Below, one piece after another: positions 19,506-29,871 of a stretch of 64,000 nucleotides of DNA. The notes under the pieces were generated by a model. The model did not search any database, was not told the DNA's origin, and saw only the letters and a program-made list of their open reading frames with translations. The position numbers and the translations under genes were made by a program. Position 1 is the first letter of the stretch, and each line of letters opens with the position of its first letter. The stretch comes from Alphaproteobacteria bacterium (GTDB lineage: Bacteria > Pseudomonadota > Alphaproteobacteria > RF32 > CAG-239): contig SUUJ01000004.1 of assembly GCA_015062585.1 (NCBI GenBank), forward strand, positions 94,512 through 158,511. The letters are read 5' to 3'.

Positions 19506-22500
19506 ATGACAAAATATTTGAAGATAGCATTGTTTGCAATGATTGGAATAATGTTTTCAGGCATTGCTGAAGCTGCGATTACACCAATTAACGAAGCTGA
19601 GAATGACTTAAAGTTCGGCTCCAGAAAAAAGGGCGAATTAAAATGTGATAACATAACTACATTTTCATCACCCAAAAGCGGTATGGATTGCAAAGTTGTA
19701 ACACTATCTGATAATAAAACCCAATGTTGGAAATGCGATTGCTCGCAAAAAGACTATCCTTATACTAAAGAAAATTGCTCAGGCAAATTGATACTCGACA
19801 CATCTTCAAGTTCCTGTACAGATATTACAACCGGCAAAAAATATTATAAAACTTGTGAGTGCGGTGAAGGTTTGCTTGCCGCTGAAGAAGCTAAAAAATA
19901 CGCTACTTATTTTGATATAGGAAGTCCGGTTCAATCAGCCGGCAATCTTGCTTGTTATGACCCGAAGAAATTTACCTGTAAAAACGCAAGCAACAAAATT
20001 ACAGTTAGTGATATAACAAGCTATCAACACACCTCGGCTAAGACCCGAGTTAAATCGAAAGATGAACCTGTTTGGTATGAGGTGGCTACCAATATCGAAA
20101 CATCAAACAAGGATCATAATGATTTGGTTATGTGTGTTAAAAAAGTAGATGAATTTACTTCAAATGTTATGTCATTTCAACCTGAAGCTAAAACCTGTGT
20201 TGAAACATCTACAGGCACAACAAAATTCTTAAATATTTCATACCATTATTACAGCGGATGTAATACGACCAGATCGGGATGTCAAGAATCATCTCATCCT
20301 TGCGTTGAAGAAGAAATTGTTGAAGTTAACGGATATAGCACATCGACTAAAGAAGCAAAAACTTTTTCATGTAGCCATATATCAGGCTGTAAGATAGGTA
20401 AACAAGAAGATTCTTTGTGTGATAAAGCACCTGCTACGGACATTCCTGATCTTGTATATAATAAGGATAACGGTTGTGCACAGATTTCTTGTTCGGATAT
20501 TTATGAATATGTCGGATCCGGCACAGGCGAAACAAGTTTTAATGATGCTAACGGTGATTCAGCAAATACAAATTACACTTATGTTTCAAAAGCACCTGAT
20601 GCATCATCTGATGGTTGGATTATTTGTCGCGTGAAAAATCCTTCTCCGATAGATGAACCAACTAAAGAAGGAGAAGGAATTTGTCCGAGTGATGCGACAT
20701 TGACAGCAGATGGTGTATGTAAATGTAATAATCCGGATAAGAAGCTTGTCACCGATGATAATGGCGAGATGTACTGTGAATGTGAAGAAGGATGGCGTGA
20801 TGATCCGTTTGATGACGAAGATAAATGCGTTGTAGATCCGACATCTGAAGTAATGCAATGTCCGGAACCGTCTATTCTTAATGAAGACACAGGTGAATGT
20901 ATCTGTGAAGATAATGGTGTATGTTCACTTAATTGTGTGGATGGAAAATATGAACTTTGCGGATATTTTCCGATAACCGCAACAGGTACAACCTGTACTG
21001 ATCTTATTTGGGATTCTCAAAAACAAATGTATCTATGTAAAAACGGCAGTACAACATTTACATCAACTAGATGGGATTGTATAAAAACCGAGAGAAAATG
21101 TAAACAAGCTTGCTCTACATATGTACCTGACGGACATATCTGTACTCAAACCACAGTAGATGGCAAGATTTGTTATACAGATTGCGTACCTTCAATCTGC
21201 GGAACCGGATATGTAAATAAAGGTGAATATATAGTATATGGATCCACCGGTGCTAATACACATAAAATGATTGCTGTTAAGCAGGGTGGAAAATATTATA
21301 ACCCATATATACATAGTTCAGGTAATTTTTCACATGATAACTATAAATCAGGAATAAGTGACGAATACACAGGATTATCATCAAGTGTTACAAGCGGCTT
21401 ATCAGCTCTTGCAGATTATCAAAACATTACTTTCTGGGCTGACGGTGGTTGTGCTGAAAGTTCAGGAATGATGTGGATTGGTAAGAATGGAAAATTAGAA
21501 TGCGTAAATAAATCAACGACTAAAGCTTCTCATTTGATTTATTTGACAACTTGTACCTGTCCTGCGGGTGCTACAGGTTCATTAGAGGAGAAAACAGTAT
21601 ATGATGCTTTCAATTGCAAAGCCGGCCAATATTATTCCGGTAGCGGTTATGATTGTAGCACACAAGCTAACACATATTTGGTTGCAAGTGTAACTAATGG
21701 CAATGCTATAGTTGCTATGAAAGCCCAAGACCTTAATTCGCCGGCATTTGAAGTTACCGGAGATGTATTTGAACAAGCTCGCAATAATGCTTTTGGAAAA
21801 TGCGAATCAGAAGGAGTTTTATCTGACAGTGAATATAGTACTATTGCAAATAAACTCCGTATAATTTGGCCTGATATATATAATAACACTTGTGTCTTTG
21901 TAGAATCAGGAAATTTGGTGCGTACATATGATAACAAATTATGTTCCGGTACCGATGCTGCTGCTTTAGTTGCGAACGGATGTGGTGATTGTGTCGATGG
22001 TAATAAAATAAAGGCTCGAGTAATTTGTAAAAAAGATTTCTTATCTAAGTCTACAACAACAAAATACTCAAAATGTACTTGTCCGTCAGACCAGATTTAT
22101 GATGGTGCAACAGGTGAATGTATAGATTATTGTCCTAACAAAGGTACTACGACCTATTGCGACAGCACAAAATATAATTGTGAATATGAGAAATGTTCCG
22201 GTAAATATATTGTATCTTGCGGTTCTTATTTTAACAAATCAGGAACACCATCTTGTCCTTCAGACAGGATCGTAGATAAATGTTCTGTAAACAATTACAA
22301 ATATGCGTGTGCTACTTGTGAAGAATCCGACATGTATAAAGGGTCAACAAAGATGAAAACCAGATTAACCCTCGGTGGTAGAATTAGCGGATCAACGAAA
22401 AGTGGACCAACTCAATCATATTCCGCTACCGTGAATGTATATAATTTATGCGGTGAAAAAGTAGCTTCAACAAACGCTTCTTTATGGAATATCACTTCTG

Positions 22501-22724
22501 GAATGAATACTCAAACCAGTGAATCCAGCGAAGCAATACCTGCTGGTGAGTATGATGTAGAGGTATATACTAACCTTAATTATGGTCCATATAGTATTTT
22601 ATCTTTTGATAAACTGGCTATCAATGGAACAGATTATCGTAATACCGGATTGAGTGGTAAGGTTAGAGTTAAACTGGCAACCACTCAACAAGTAACCGTA
22701 GAAATCAGACCTATATTCTATTAA
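19506..22724 (+). CDS. Large secreted cysteine-rich protein (about 1072 aa)
   Basis: Sec signal ending AEA, about 68 Cys counted, CxC and EGF-like spacing; AGGAG RBS before ATG 19506. Confidence 0.85.
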   Translation: MTKYLKIALFAMIGIMFSGIAEAAITPINEAENDLKFGSRKKGELKCDNITTFSSPKSGMDCKVVTLSDNKTQCWKCDCSQKDYPYTKENCSGKLILDTSSSSCTDITTGKKYYKTCECGEGLLAAEEAKKYATYFDIGSPVQSAGNLACYDPKKFTCKNASNKITVSDITSYQHTSAKTRVKSKDEPVWYEVATNIETSNKDHNDLVMCVKKVDEFTSNVMSFQPEAKTCVETSTGTTKFLNISYHYYSGCNTTRSGCQESSHPCVEEEIVEVNGYSTSTKEAKTFSCSHISGCKIGKQEDSLCDKAPATDIPDLVYNKDNGCAQISCSDIYEYVGSGTGETSFNDANGDSANTNYTYVSKAPDASSDGWIICRVKNPSPIDEPTKEGEGICPSDATLTADGVCKCNNPDKKLVTDDNGEMYCECEEGWRDDPFDDEDKCVVDPTSEVMQCPEPSILNEDTGECICEDNGVCSLNCVDGKYELCGYFPITATGTTCTDLIWDSQKQMYLCKNGSTTFTSTRWDCIKTERKCKQACSTYVPDGHICTQTTVDGKICYTDCVPSICGTGYVNKGEYIVYGSTGANTHKMIAVKQGGKYYNPYIHSSGNFSHDNYKSGISDEYTGLSSSVTSGLSALADYQNITFWADGGCAESSGMMWIGKNGKLECVNKSTTKASHLIYLTTCTCPAGATGSLEEKTVYDAFNCKAGQYYSGSGYDCSTQANTYLVASVTNGNAIVAMKAQDLNSPAFEVTGDVFEQARNNAFGKCESEGVLSDSEYSTIANKLRIIWPDIYNNTCVFVESGNLVRTYDNKLCSGTDAAALVANGCGDCVDGNKIKARVICKKDFLSKSTTTKYSKCTCPSDQIYDGATGECIDYCPNKGTTTYCDSTKYNCEYEKCSGKYIVSCGSYFNKSGTPSCPSDRIVDKCSVNNYKYACATCEESDMYKGSTKMKTRLTLGGRISGSTKSGPTQSYSATVNVYNLCGEKVASTNASLWNITSGMNTQTSESSEAIPAGEYDVEVYTNLNYGPYSILSFDKLAINGTDYRNTGLSGKVRVKLATTQQVTVEIRPIFY

Positions 22725-22750
22725 AAATTTATATCGGTTATATATCACAG

Positions 22751-22799
22751 CTACTAGCCGCTCGAGAGAGAATATCTTGAGCGGTTGGTGGTTTCTTTT
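22751..22799 (+). terminator. Intrinsic terminator after the Cys-rich gene
   Basis: CTACTAGCCGCTCGAGA..TCTTGAGCGGTTGGTGG stem plus T-rich tail. Confidence 0.7.
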
Positions 22800-22889
22800 A
22801 GCATACTAAATATTATAAAAGTGCCTTCTTGACAGATAAAGACTTGAGTGTCAAAATTTTTGCCATAGGTTTATTTAAGGAGGCATGTT

Positions 22890-23537
22890 ATGGCGACAAC
22901 AAGAGCTTATTCACCAAGTGAAGAATTGTGGAGTTCGATAATTCATGGTATCGGTATCGGATTAAGCATTGCCGGATTGGTTTTGTTGGTAGTCTTTGCT
23001 TCGCTATATGCTGATGTTTGGGCGATTGTTTCCACTGCCATTTTCGGCGCCAGTATGATTGTGTTGTACACGGCTTCGACACTTTACCACGCCTTTAGAG
23101 ATGAGGACATAAAGAAAAAGCTCAAAAAATTTGATCATATTTCGATTTATTATCTGATTGCCGGATCATACACACCATTTTTATTAGTTTCGCTTCGTGG
23201 CGTTACCGGTTGGGTCATTTTCGGCATTATCTGGGGGTTGGCAATTTTGGGTACAGTCTTAAAGCTTGCCACCTCGGGAAGCGGCACCAAAATTTGGTCA
23301 ATATCATTATACCTGATTATGGGTTGGTTGATTGTTTTTGCTTCAAAATCATTGGTCAGTGCCATTCCGTCTTTGGGACTTATCTTTTTGGTTTTGGGCG
23401 GATTGCTTTATACATTCGGCGTGTTGTTTTATGTTCAAAAATCCAAAAAATATACCCACGCAATTTGGCACTTTTTTGTGCTTAGCGGTACGGTAATGCA
23501 TTTTTTTGCAATATTGTATTCTTGTGTGCTGGTTTAG
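22890..23537 (+). CDS. Hemolysin III / PAQR-family membrane protein (TrhA/YqfA-like)
   Basis: SEE..SSIIHG, STLYH, DHISIYYLIAGSYTP, HAIWHFFV; seven TM segments. Confidence 0.92.
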   Translation: MATTRAYSPSEELWSSIIHGIGIGLSIAGLVLLVVFASLYADVWAIVSTAIFGASMIVLYTASTLYHAFRDEDIKKKLKKFDHISIYYLIAGSYTPFLLVSLRGVTGWVIFGIIWGLAILGTVLKLATSGSGTKIWSISLYLIMGWLIVFASKSLVSAIPSLGLIFLVLGGLLYTFGVLFYVQKSKKYTHAIWHFFVLSGTVMHFFAILYSCVLV

Positions 23538-24118
23538 TTTACACTGCGTTTAATGTCTTCGATACGCGGTAACACCGAATTTTCGATAATAAATGCAATT
23601 GAGCGGGCAACAACTTTGTCGGTATGTTTGACCGCGTCCCAAGTAGCCTGAGAGGTCTCGCCTTTTAGCGCAATCTTGGTGTATAGAGTTGCCATTTCGG
23701 ACAAAGAATCGACGATTTGTGCAATATAGCCGGGAATTTTTAAGTTTTCTTCACCACCGAAAAATCCTTCAACAAAACCTTGTTCGACTTCTTCAAAACG
23801 ATTTTGGCAATAAATTTCGATGTCTTTTTCTTTGGATATGGGGAGTTTTACCTCTACTTTTTTAACATCTTCAAAAACTTCGTCCCAAAGTCCCATAAAA
23901 AACTTAAAGAACAAGTCTGCTTCTTGCTTAGTTTCTAAACGCGGAGCGCGTCCTTCTTCCCAAAATGATGATATAACATCGGTGGGGCGTAAGTTCATAT
24001 TCGGAGAGCAAATTGCTCCGGCAAAACGCATTTTTATGACATTTAGAGGTGTCGGACAAGAGTAGTGTTCCAACATTTTGATAAAAGCTTCATCACCAAT
24101 ATATTTGTTTGCTTGCAT
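23534..24118 (-). CDS. UPF0149/YecA-like protein
   Basis: RFAGAICSP..RPTDVI..W, FMGLW pattern. Confidence 0.5.
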   Translation of the reverse strand: MQANKYIGDEAFIKMLEHYSCPTPLNVIKMRFAGAICSPNMNLRPTDVISSFWEEGRAPRLETKQEADLFFKFFMGLWDEVFEDVKKVEVKLPISKEKDIEIYCQNRFEEVEQGFVEGFFGGEENLKIPGYIAQIVDSLSEMATLYTKIALKGETSQATWDAVKHTDKVVARSIAFIIENSVLPRIEDIKRSVN

Positions 24119-24187
24119 TTTTGACTTCTTCTTGTTATAGTTACGAAAGTTTATTTTTTGAAATCTAGTATAGGGAGTTTTGTTAAA

Positions 24188-24505
24188 TTGGCAAGTACGA
24201 AAATTATAAATATTGCGGTTTTAACATCTTTGCTTTGCGCTTGTGCGCAGTTTGGTCCGTTTGTCGATCGACGACGAGAAGCCGGCGGTTTCTCTGATGG
24301 TGCATTATATGCGGGAGTATCTACCCCCGAAAATCCTGCCGTATGTTATAATATTTTGTACACTTCTTATGATGAAGTCAAAGCCTTGGCTGATGAAGAA
24401 TGCAAAAAAAACAAGACAGGAAATCAGGCTGTTCCGGTAAAGCAAACCGTATTTACTTGTCGTTTGCTGGTGCCGAATCATTATTACTTTAAGTGTGAAC
24501 AATAA
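24188..24505 (+). CDS. Small lipoprotein of unknown function
   Basis: Lipobox LCAC after a hydrophobic stretch; TTG start with AGGGAG RBS; paired Cys. Confidence 0.65.
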   Translation: MASTKIINIAVLTSLLCACAQFGPFVDRRREAGGFSDGALYAGVSTPENPAVCYNILYTSYDEVKALADEECKKNKTGNQAVPVKQTVFTCRLLVPNHYYFKCEQ

Positions 24506-24519
24506 GGAAAATAAATAAA

Positions 24520-26259
24520 ATGTCTTTATCTTTGGAAAAATTGATAAATCAAAAAGTTGAAAAGGTTTTTAGTGAACTTGGTTTGGATAAAAAATTTGCT
24601 ACCGTCAAAATATCTGACAGACCTGATTTGAGCGATTTTCAATGTAACGGCGCTTTGGCTTTGGCCAAGATAGAAAAGAAAAATCCGCGTGAAATTGCAA
24701 CACAAATTGCATCTGTTTTACAAAAGGATAGCGATTTGGCAAAAATCAGTGTTGACGGACCCGGTTTTTTAAATATCTCGGTTGCTGATGAATATATTGC
24801 CAAAAATATGCAAGATATGTCAAATGACGAAATGCTCGGTATTGAAAAAATCGATACCCCAAAAACAGTAGTGCTTGATTATGGCGGACCAAATGTGGCA
24901 AAAGCCATGCATGTCGGACACTTGCGTTCGGGTACAATCGGCGAGGCTGTTTCAAGAATCGAGCGTTTCTTGGGTAACAAAGTTATCTCTGATGTGCATT
25001 TCGGCGACTGGGGTACACCGATGGGTATGATTTTATCCGAAATTATCAATCATGACGGTGATTTGAGCAAAGCAACAACTTATAATGTTGATGAAATTAC
25101 CGAATTTTATAAGGCCGCCAATATCAGATGTAAGGAAGACGAAAACGCAAAAGAAAATGCTCGTATTATTACCGCCAAATTGCAAGACGGTGATGAAGAA
25201 TATCGCAAAGCATGGCGTCATATCAGAGATATTTCGGTTGATGCGGTAAAAGCTAACTATGAAGCTTTGGATGTTAATTTTGATTTGTGGCTTGGTGAAA
25301 GTGATGCTCACAAGGCCAGCGGAGATGTTGTTGAAATGGCTAAGCAAATGGGCTTGGCTGAAATGGATGATGGCGCACTCATCATGCGTTTGGAAGAAAC
25401 AAACAAACCTATGCCTCCGACGATTTTGATTAAGCGCGACGGCGGTTTCGGATATCAGATTACCGATATTGCAACTATAAAAATGAGGGTGGAAGATTTG
25501 AAAGCCGAAGAAATTTATTACTTCGTTGATCAAAGACAAAGCTTGCACTTTGAACAGGTTTTCCAATCGGTTGAAAAGCTGAAATTTGCACCGGATTTGG
25601 TTATGAAACACTATGGTTTCGGCACGGTAAACGGCAAAGACGGTAAGCCTTTTAAAACTCGTGACGGCGGAGTTATGACTTTGGAAAATTTGATTAAGAT
25701 GTCAAAAGACAAGGTTAGAGAATCTATTCCAAATCCGAACGAAGTTGATGGATATGGCGAGAAAGAAATCGAAAAATTGGTTAATCAAGTTGCCATTGCG
25801 GCAATCAAATTCCAAGATTTGAAAAACACTACATCATCAGGTTATATTTTCGATTTGGAAGATTTTGCCAAGTTTGAAGGCAAAACCGGACCTTATATTC
25901 AATATGCGATTGCTCGAATTAACTCGATTTTACGCAAAGCGGAAGAGAAAAATATTACTCCGAATAATGTGATTATTACAACTGCTGATGAGCGTAATTT
26001 GGCATTAAAAATTGCACAACTTAATGCGGCAGTTTGGCGTGCTCATAATGAAAAAGAACCGAGCATTATTTCGGATTATGTTTATACTTTGGCTCAAACA
26101 TTTTCGACATTTTATAATTCGTCACCGATTATGACTGCCGAAAGTAAAGAATTGATGTCTTCGCGTTTGGCTTTGGCAAAATTGGTACGCGATATCTTGG
26201 TCAAATTGTTATATTTGCTCGGTATCGAATCACCGGAAGTGATGCTGAAGAAGGCTTAA
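24520..26259 (+). CDS. argS: Arginine--tRNA ligase
   Basis: DYGGPNVAKAMHVGHLRS, GDWG, KPFKTRDG, FEGKTGPYIQYA. Confidence 0.97.
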   Translation: MSLSLEKLINQKVEKVFSELGLDKKFATVKISDRPDLSDFQCNGALALAKIEKKNPREIATQIASVLQKDSDLAKISVDGPGFLNISVADEYIAKNMQDMSNDEMLGIEKIDTPKTVVLDYGGPNVAKAMHVGHLRSGTIGEAVSRIERFLGNKVISDVHFGDWGTPMGMILSEIINHDGDLSKATTYNVDEITEFYKAANIRCKEDENAKENARIITAKLQDGDEEYRKAWRHIRDISVDAVKANYEALDVNFDLWLGESDAHKASGDVVEMAKQMGLAEMDDGALIMRLEETNKPMPPTILIKRDGGFGYQITDIATIKMRVEDLKAEEIYYFVDQRQSLHFEQVFQSVEKLKFAPDLVMKHYGFGTVNGKDGKPFKTRDGGVMTLENLIKMSKDKVRESIPNPNEVDGYGEKEIEKLVNQVAIAAIKFQDLKNTTSSGYIFDLEDFAKFEGKTGPYIQYAIARINSILRKAEEKNITPNNVIITTADERNLALKIAQLNAAVWRAHNEKEPSIISDYVYTLAQTFSTFYNSSPIMTAESKELMSSRLALAKLVRDILVKLLYLLGIESPEVMLKKA

Positions 26260-26307
26260 TAAATATAGTCATTCCTCGTGCGACGCTATGTGTTAAAAAA
26301 AATAACT

Positions 26308-26405
26308 GTCATGCCTTGAGCGAATAAAATGAGCGAGATTAGGCATCTTCGATGTATTTAAAAAATTCGGAGATCCCATGACCTCGCTTTGTTCGAAGGG
26401 ATGAC
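26308..26405. repeat. REP-like palindromic pair (GTCATGCC...GGCATCTT...AGATCCC...GGGATGAC)
   Basis: Direct repeat of 26607-26704 with few substitutions; a truncated GTCATTCC unit lies near 26268. Confidence 0.85.
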
Positions 26406-26419
26406 TATTTAGGTATTTC

Positions 26420-26596
26420 TTCTTATGTTACTTTTGAATGACCAAAAGTAACCAAAAGTCACCGCTCAAGATGTTTTTTTATACGCTTTTTTCAACCGGA
26501 TGTGCCTTTCACATTCGTTGGCAGGCTTGGTCGTATAAAAGGAGAATCTCCGATTAAAAAAAGCTAAAAAACATAAATCGCGGTTGTTGTTTTTTT
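26420..26596. repeat. Dispersed ~180-bp long-hairpin element, copy 2
   Basis: Near-identical to 4340-4518; differences cluster in the central loop. Confidence 0.85.
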
Positions 26597-26606
26597 AATT
26601 TAAAAA

Positions 26607-26704
26607 GTCATTCCTTGAGCGAGTAAAATGAGCGAGATTAGGCATCTTCGATATATTTTAAAAATTCGAAGATCCCATGACCTCGCTTTGCTCGGAGGGA
26701 TGAC
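26607..26704. repeat. REP-like palindromic pair, second copy
   Basis: Direct repeat of 26308-26405. Confidence 0.85.
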
Positions 26705-26742
26705 TATTTAAACTTTCATTCAGTAGGATAACTGCTTAAATA

Positions 26743-28173
26743 TTATGCAAGTTTCTGAATAGCGGCGTCAATGCGTCTTAAACACTCTTCTTTACCCAAG
26801 ACTACGGCTAATTCGGTTGCTCCGCCGGGGGTGGTTTCAAGTCCGGAAAATGCAATGCGCGCCGGATACAAAATCTGACCGTTTTTCATCTCATTGGCCT
26901 CGGCTAAAGCTTTTAACGCAGCAAACAAGGCGTCGTTGTTCCACTCGTTTTGCTTTAACAAAACTTCCTTAATCAAAGGCAAAGCTTTTTTGGCAACTTC
27001 AATGTCTGTCTTCATCTTTTTGTTAACATAAAGTTCGGCTGAGTATTCGGGAACTTGTTTAACAAAGGCAATTTGCTCTGAGATTTGCGCCAAAGTCTCA
27101 ATACGCGGTTGAAGAGCGCGAGCCAATGCTTTTTTATCTACACCTGCCGGCAAATCATTAAAATACGGCAAAGCTTTTTCGTAAAATTCTTCTTCGCTCA
27201 AATTACGAATATAAATACCGTTCATCCATGTCAATTTTACAATATCAAAAATCGATGGTGATTTATTTAATCTTTCGACCGAGAAAATCTTTTCTAAATC
27301 TTTAATCGAGAAAATTTCTTCTTCTGTTCCGGGATTCCATCCTAGAAGTGCAATATAATTGATAATGGCTTCCGGCAAATAACCTTTGGCTACCAAATCT
27401 TGAAACGACGCGTCGCCGTTGCGTTTTGAAAGCTTGTGTGTAGCGTCTTTCATTACAGGTGGCAAGTGAACATATACCGGTCTTTCCCAACCGAAAGTAT
27501 CATACATCAAGTTATATTTCGGGGTTGAGGGCAAATACTCACTACCTCTGACAACATGGGTTACATTCATCAAATGATCATCAATAACATTGGCAAAGTT
27601 ATATGTCGGGAAACCATCGCTTTTTAACAATACACCCTCATCTAATTCGTCATAATCAATTTCGATTGTACCATATACTTTGTCTTCGTATTGCGATTTG
27701 CCTTTTTTGTTAATGGTTTGACGTATAACATAGGGTTCGCCGGCTGCAACTCTTCTTTTGGCTTCTTCTAAAGGAATGTGTTTGCAAGGGTCTTCAAACT
27801 TGGCAATAATTTCGTTACCCTCTTCATCGACTTGTTTTTCTCTCTCGGCACAAAAACAATAATGAGCACCGCCCAATTCTACCAATTTGTGAGCATACGG
27901 AGCATACAAATCTTTGCGCTCGGATTGAACATAAGGACCATAATTGCCACCGATATCCGGACCTTCGTCCCAATTCATACCGACCATTTTTAAGGTTGAA
28001 TATATAATATCTGTTGCACCTTCCACATAACGCTTTTGATCAGTGTCTTCAATTCTTAACAAAAAGTCGCCACCATTGGCTTTGGCAATAAGATATTCGT
28101 ATAATGCCGTGCGCAAGTTTCCGATGTGCATATATCCTGTGGGCGACGGAGCAAAACGTGTACGTGTAGTCAT
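26743..28173 (-). CDS. gltX: Glutamate--tRNA ligase
   Basis: RFAPSPTGYMHIGN, RIEDTD, HVVRGSEY, KLSKR. Confidence 0.97.
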   Translation of the reverse strand: MTTRTRFAPSPTGYMHIGNLRTALYEYLIAKANGGDFLLRIEDTDQKRYVEGATDIIYSTLKMVGMNWDEGPDIGGNYGPYVQSERKDLYAPYAHKLVELGGAHYCFCAEREKQVDEEGNEIIAKFEDPCKHIPLEEAKRRVAAGEPYVIRQTINKKGKSQYEDKVYGTIEIDYDELDEGVLLKSDGFPTYNFANVIDDHLMNVTHVVRGSEYLPSTPKYNLMYDTFGWERPVYVHLPPVMKDATHKLSKRNGDASFQDLVAKGYLPEAIINYIALLGWNPGTEEEIFSIKDLEKIFSVERLNKSPSIFDIVKLTWMNGIYIRNLSEEEFYEKALPYFNDLPAGVDKKALARALQPRIETLAQISEQIAFVKQVPEYSAELYVNKKMKTDIEVAKKALPLIKEVLLKQNEWNNDALFAALKALAEANEMKNGQILYPARIAFSGLETTPGGATELAVVLGKEECLRRIDAAIQKLA

Positions 28174-28196
28174 TTTATTTATTCCTCTTTTTTTTA

Positions 28197-29858
28197 TTAT
28201 TTCATCAGTTTAACCGCAGCGGCTCGGGCTTCATCGGTAATGACTTCACCGGCCAACATACGGGCAATTTCTTCTTTGCGCTCATTATTATCAAGAACGC
28301 GAATATTGGTTGTTGTAATATCATTTGTTGTAGTTTTGGCAACCTTGAAATGATAATTTCCGAGTGCTGCTACTTGTGGAGCATGAGTAACTACCAAAAC
28401 TTGAACATCTCTGCCAAGTCGCGATAATCTTTCACCTACTGCTTGAGCAACGGCACCACCTATTCCGGCATCAACCTCGTCAAAAATCATGGTCGGAATA
28501 TTGGTCGAAGACGCTAAGTTTACTTTCAGAGCCAGCATAAAGCGAGAAAGTTCACCACCGGAGGCAATTTTGTTAATCGGGCCCTGTGGCGAATTTGGGT
28601 TGGTGGCAACGGTAAAGCATACATCATCAAAACCTTTATCCGACCAAAAATCTTCGTTTTTTTGCTTGATTTCGGTAACAAATTTGGCTTTTTCCATTTT
28701 TAACGGCGGAAGCTCATTCATTACCAATGCATCTAATTTTTGCGCTGTATCAATTCGTGCTTTATGCAAAAGATTGGCGGCTCCGATATAGGCTAAGCGC
28801 TTGGCTTGTTCTTCTTTGCGCAAATCAGATAAAATGTCTTCACCCTTTTCTATCGAATTGAGCATAAATTTGAATTTTTCCAATGTTTCGGGCAAATCAT
28901 CAACCTGACATCCGTGTTTTCTGGCTACATCCTTCAAGGCAAAAATACGACTGTCGATATTTTCTTGTTCGTTGGCATTTATCCCGATTTGCGATGACAA
29001 ATTTTCGATTTGATCGACGACATCGGTTATTTCTATCAAGGCTCTGTCCAGCGCGGCATATACTTCATCATACTTGCCGTTAACATAATTGTTGGCTTTT
29101 GAAATACCGCTTTGAGCCGAACGAATAGCCGAGGATACATCGCGTCCTTGAGTAAGCGAAGCATAAGCATAATTCAAATTTTCGATAATTTTTTCAGAAC
29201 TCATCATCTCTTGACGGCGCGCTTGCAATTCTTCCATCTCACCTGATTTTGGCGACAAAGTTTCAAGCTCTTTTATCCAATGAATTAAATTTTCTTCATC
29301 GGATTTGGCCTTTAGGATGTCGCTTTCGGCTTGAGCTCTTTTTTTGATAATTTCTTTGTATTCCTTGTGTGCTTTTGCGCAATTATCAAGCAAGTTTTCA
29401 TAGTCGCCGAAATTATCCAATATGCTTAAATGATTCGCCGGATTAAGCAAGCCTTGATTGTCAAACTGGCCATGAATTTCAACCAAATATTTACCTATTT
29501 CTTTTAACAATTTGGCTGATATAGGTTGGTCATTTACAAAAATTTTGCCGACACCCGAGGTATTCAGAATTCGCTTAATCATCAATTCATTGTTATCGAT
29601 TTCGATATCGTTTTCTTGCAAAATTTCGGTTAATTCCGAATTGACCACATTATCAAAAACCGCTGTAACCGAAAGTTTGTCTGCACCTTTTCTGATAAGT
29701 GATGTTTCGGCGCGTTTTCCCAAAACAAGTCCCAAAGAATCAAGCAAAATGGATTTACCCGCACCGGTTTCGCCGGTTAATACTCCAAAACCGGCATCGA
29801 AATCAATATCAAGCCGGTCAATCAAAACTACATTGGAAATATTTAACGAGCGAAGCAT
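28197..29858 (-). CDS. recN: DNA repair protein RecN
   Basis: LTGETGAGKS, HGQFDNQ, ASGGELSR, IFDEVDAG, VVTHAPQVA. Confidence 0.97.
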   Translation of the reverse strand: MLRSLNISNVVLIDRLDIDFDAGFGVLTGETGAGKSILLDSLGLVLGKRAETSLIRKGADKLSVTAVFDNVVNSELTEILQENDIEIDNNELMIKRILNTSGVGKIFVNDQPISAKLLKEIGKYLVEIHGQFDNQGLLNPANHLSILDNFGDYENLLDNCAKAHKEYKEIIKKRAQAESDILKAKSDEENLIHWIKELETLSPKSGEMEELQARRQEMMSSEKIIENLNYAYASLTQGRDVSSAIRSAQSGISKANNYVNGKYDEVYAALDRALIEITDVVDQIENLSSQIGINANEQENIDSRIFALKDVARKHGCQVDDLPETLEKFKFMLNSIEKGEDILSDLRKEEQAKRLAYIGAANLLHKARIDTAQKLDALVMNELPPLKMEKAKFVTEIKQKNEDFWSDKGFDDVCFTVATNPNSPQGPINKIASGGELSRFMLALKVNLASSTNIPTMIFDEVDAGIGGAVAQAVGERLSRLGRDVQVLVVTHAPQVAALGNYHFKVAKTTTNDITTTNIRVLDNNERKEEIARMLAGEVITDEARAAAVKLMK

Positions 29859-29871
29859 TTTTATTACAGTC

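Noticed and set aside
25033-25611. 192-aa minus-strand ORF
   Set aside because: Antisense shadow of argS
24520-26259. argS as a third xenolog
   Set aside because: The PNVAK.MHVGHLR type also occurs in alphaproteobacteria such as Caulobacter, which its N-terminus resembles; not supportable without a tree
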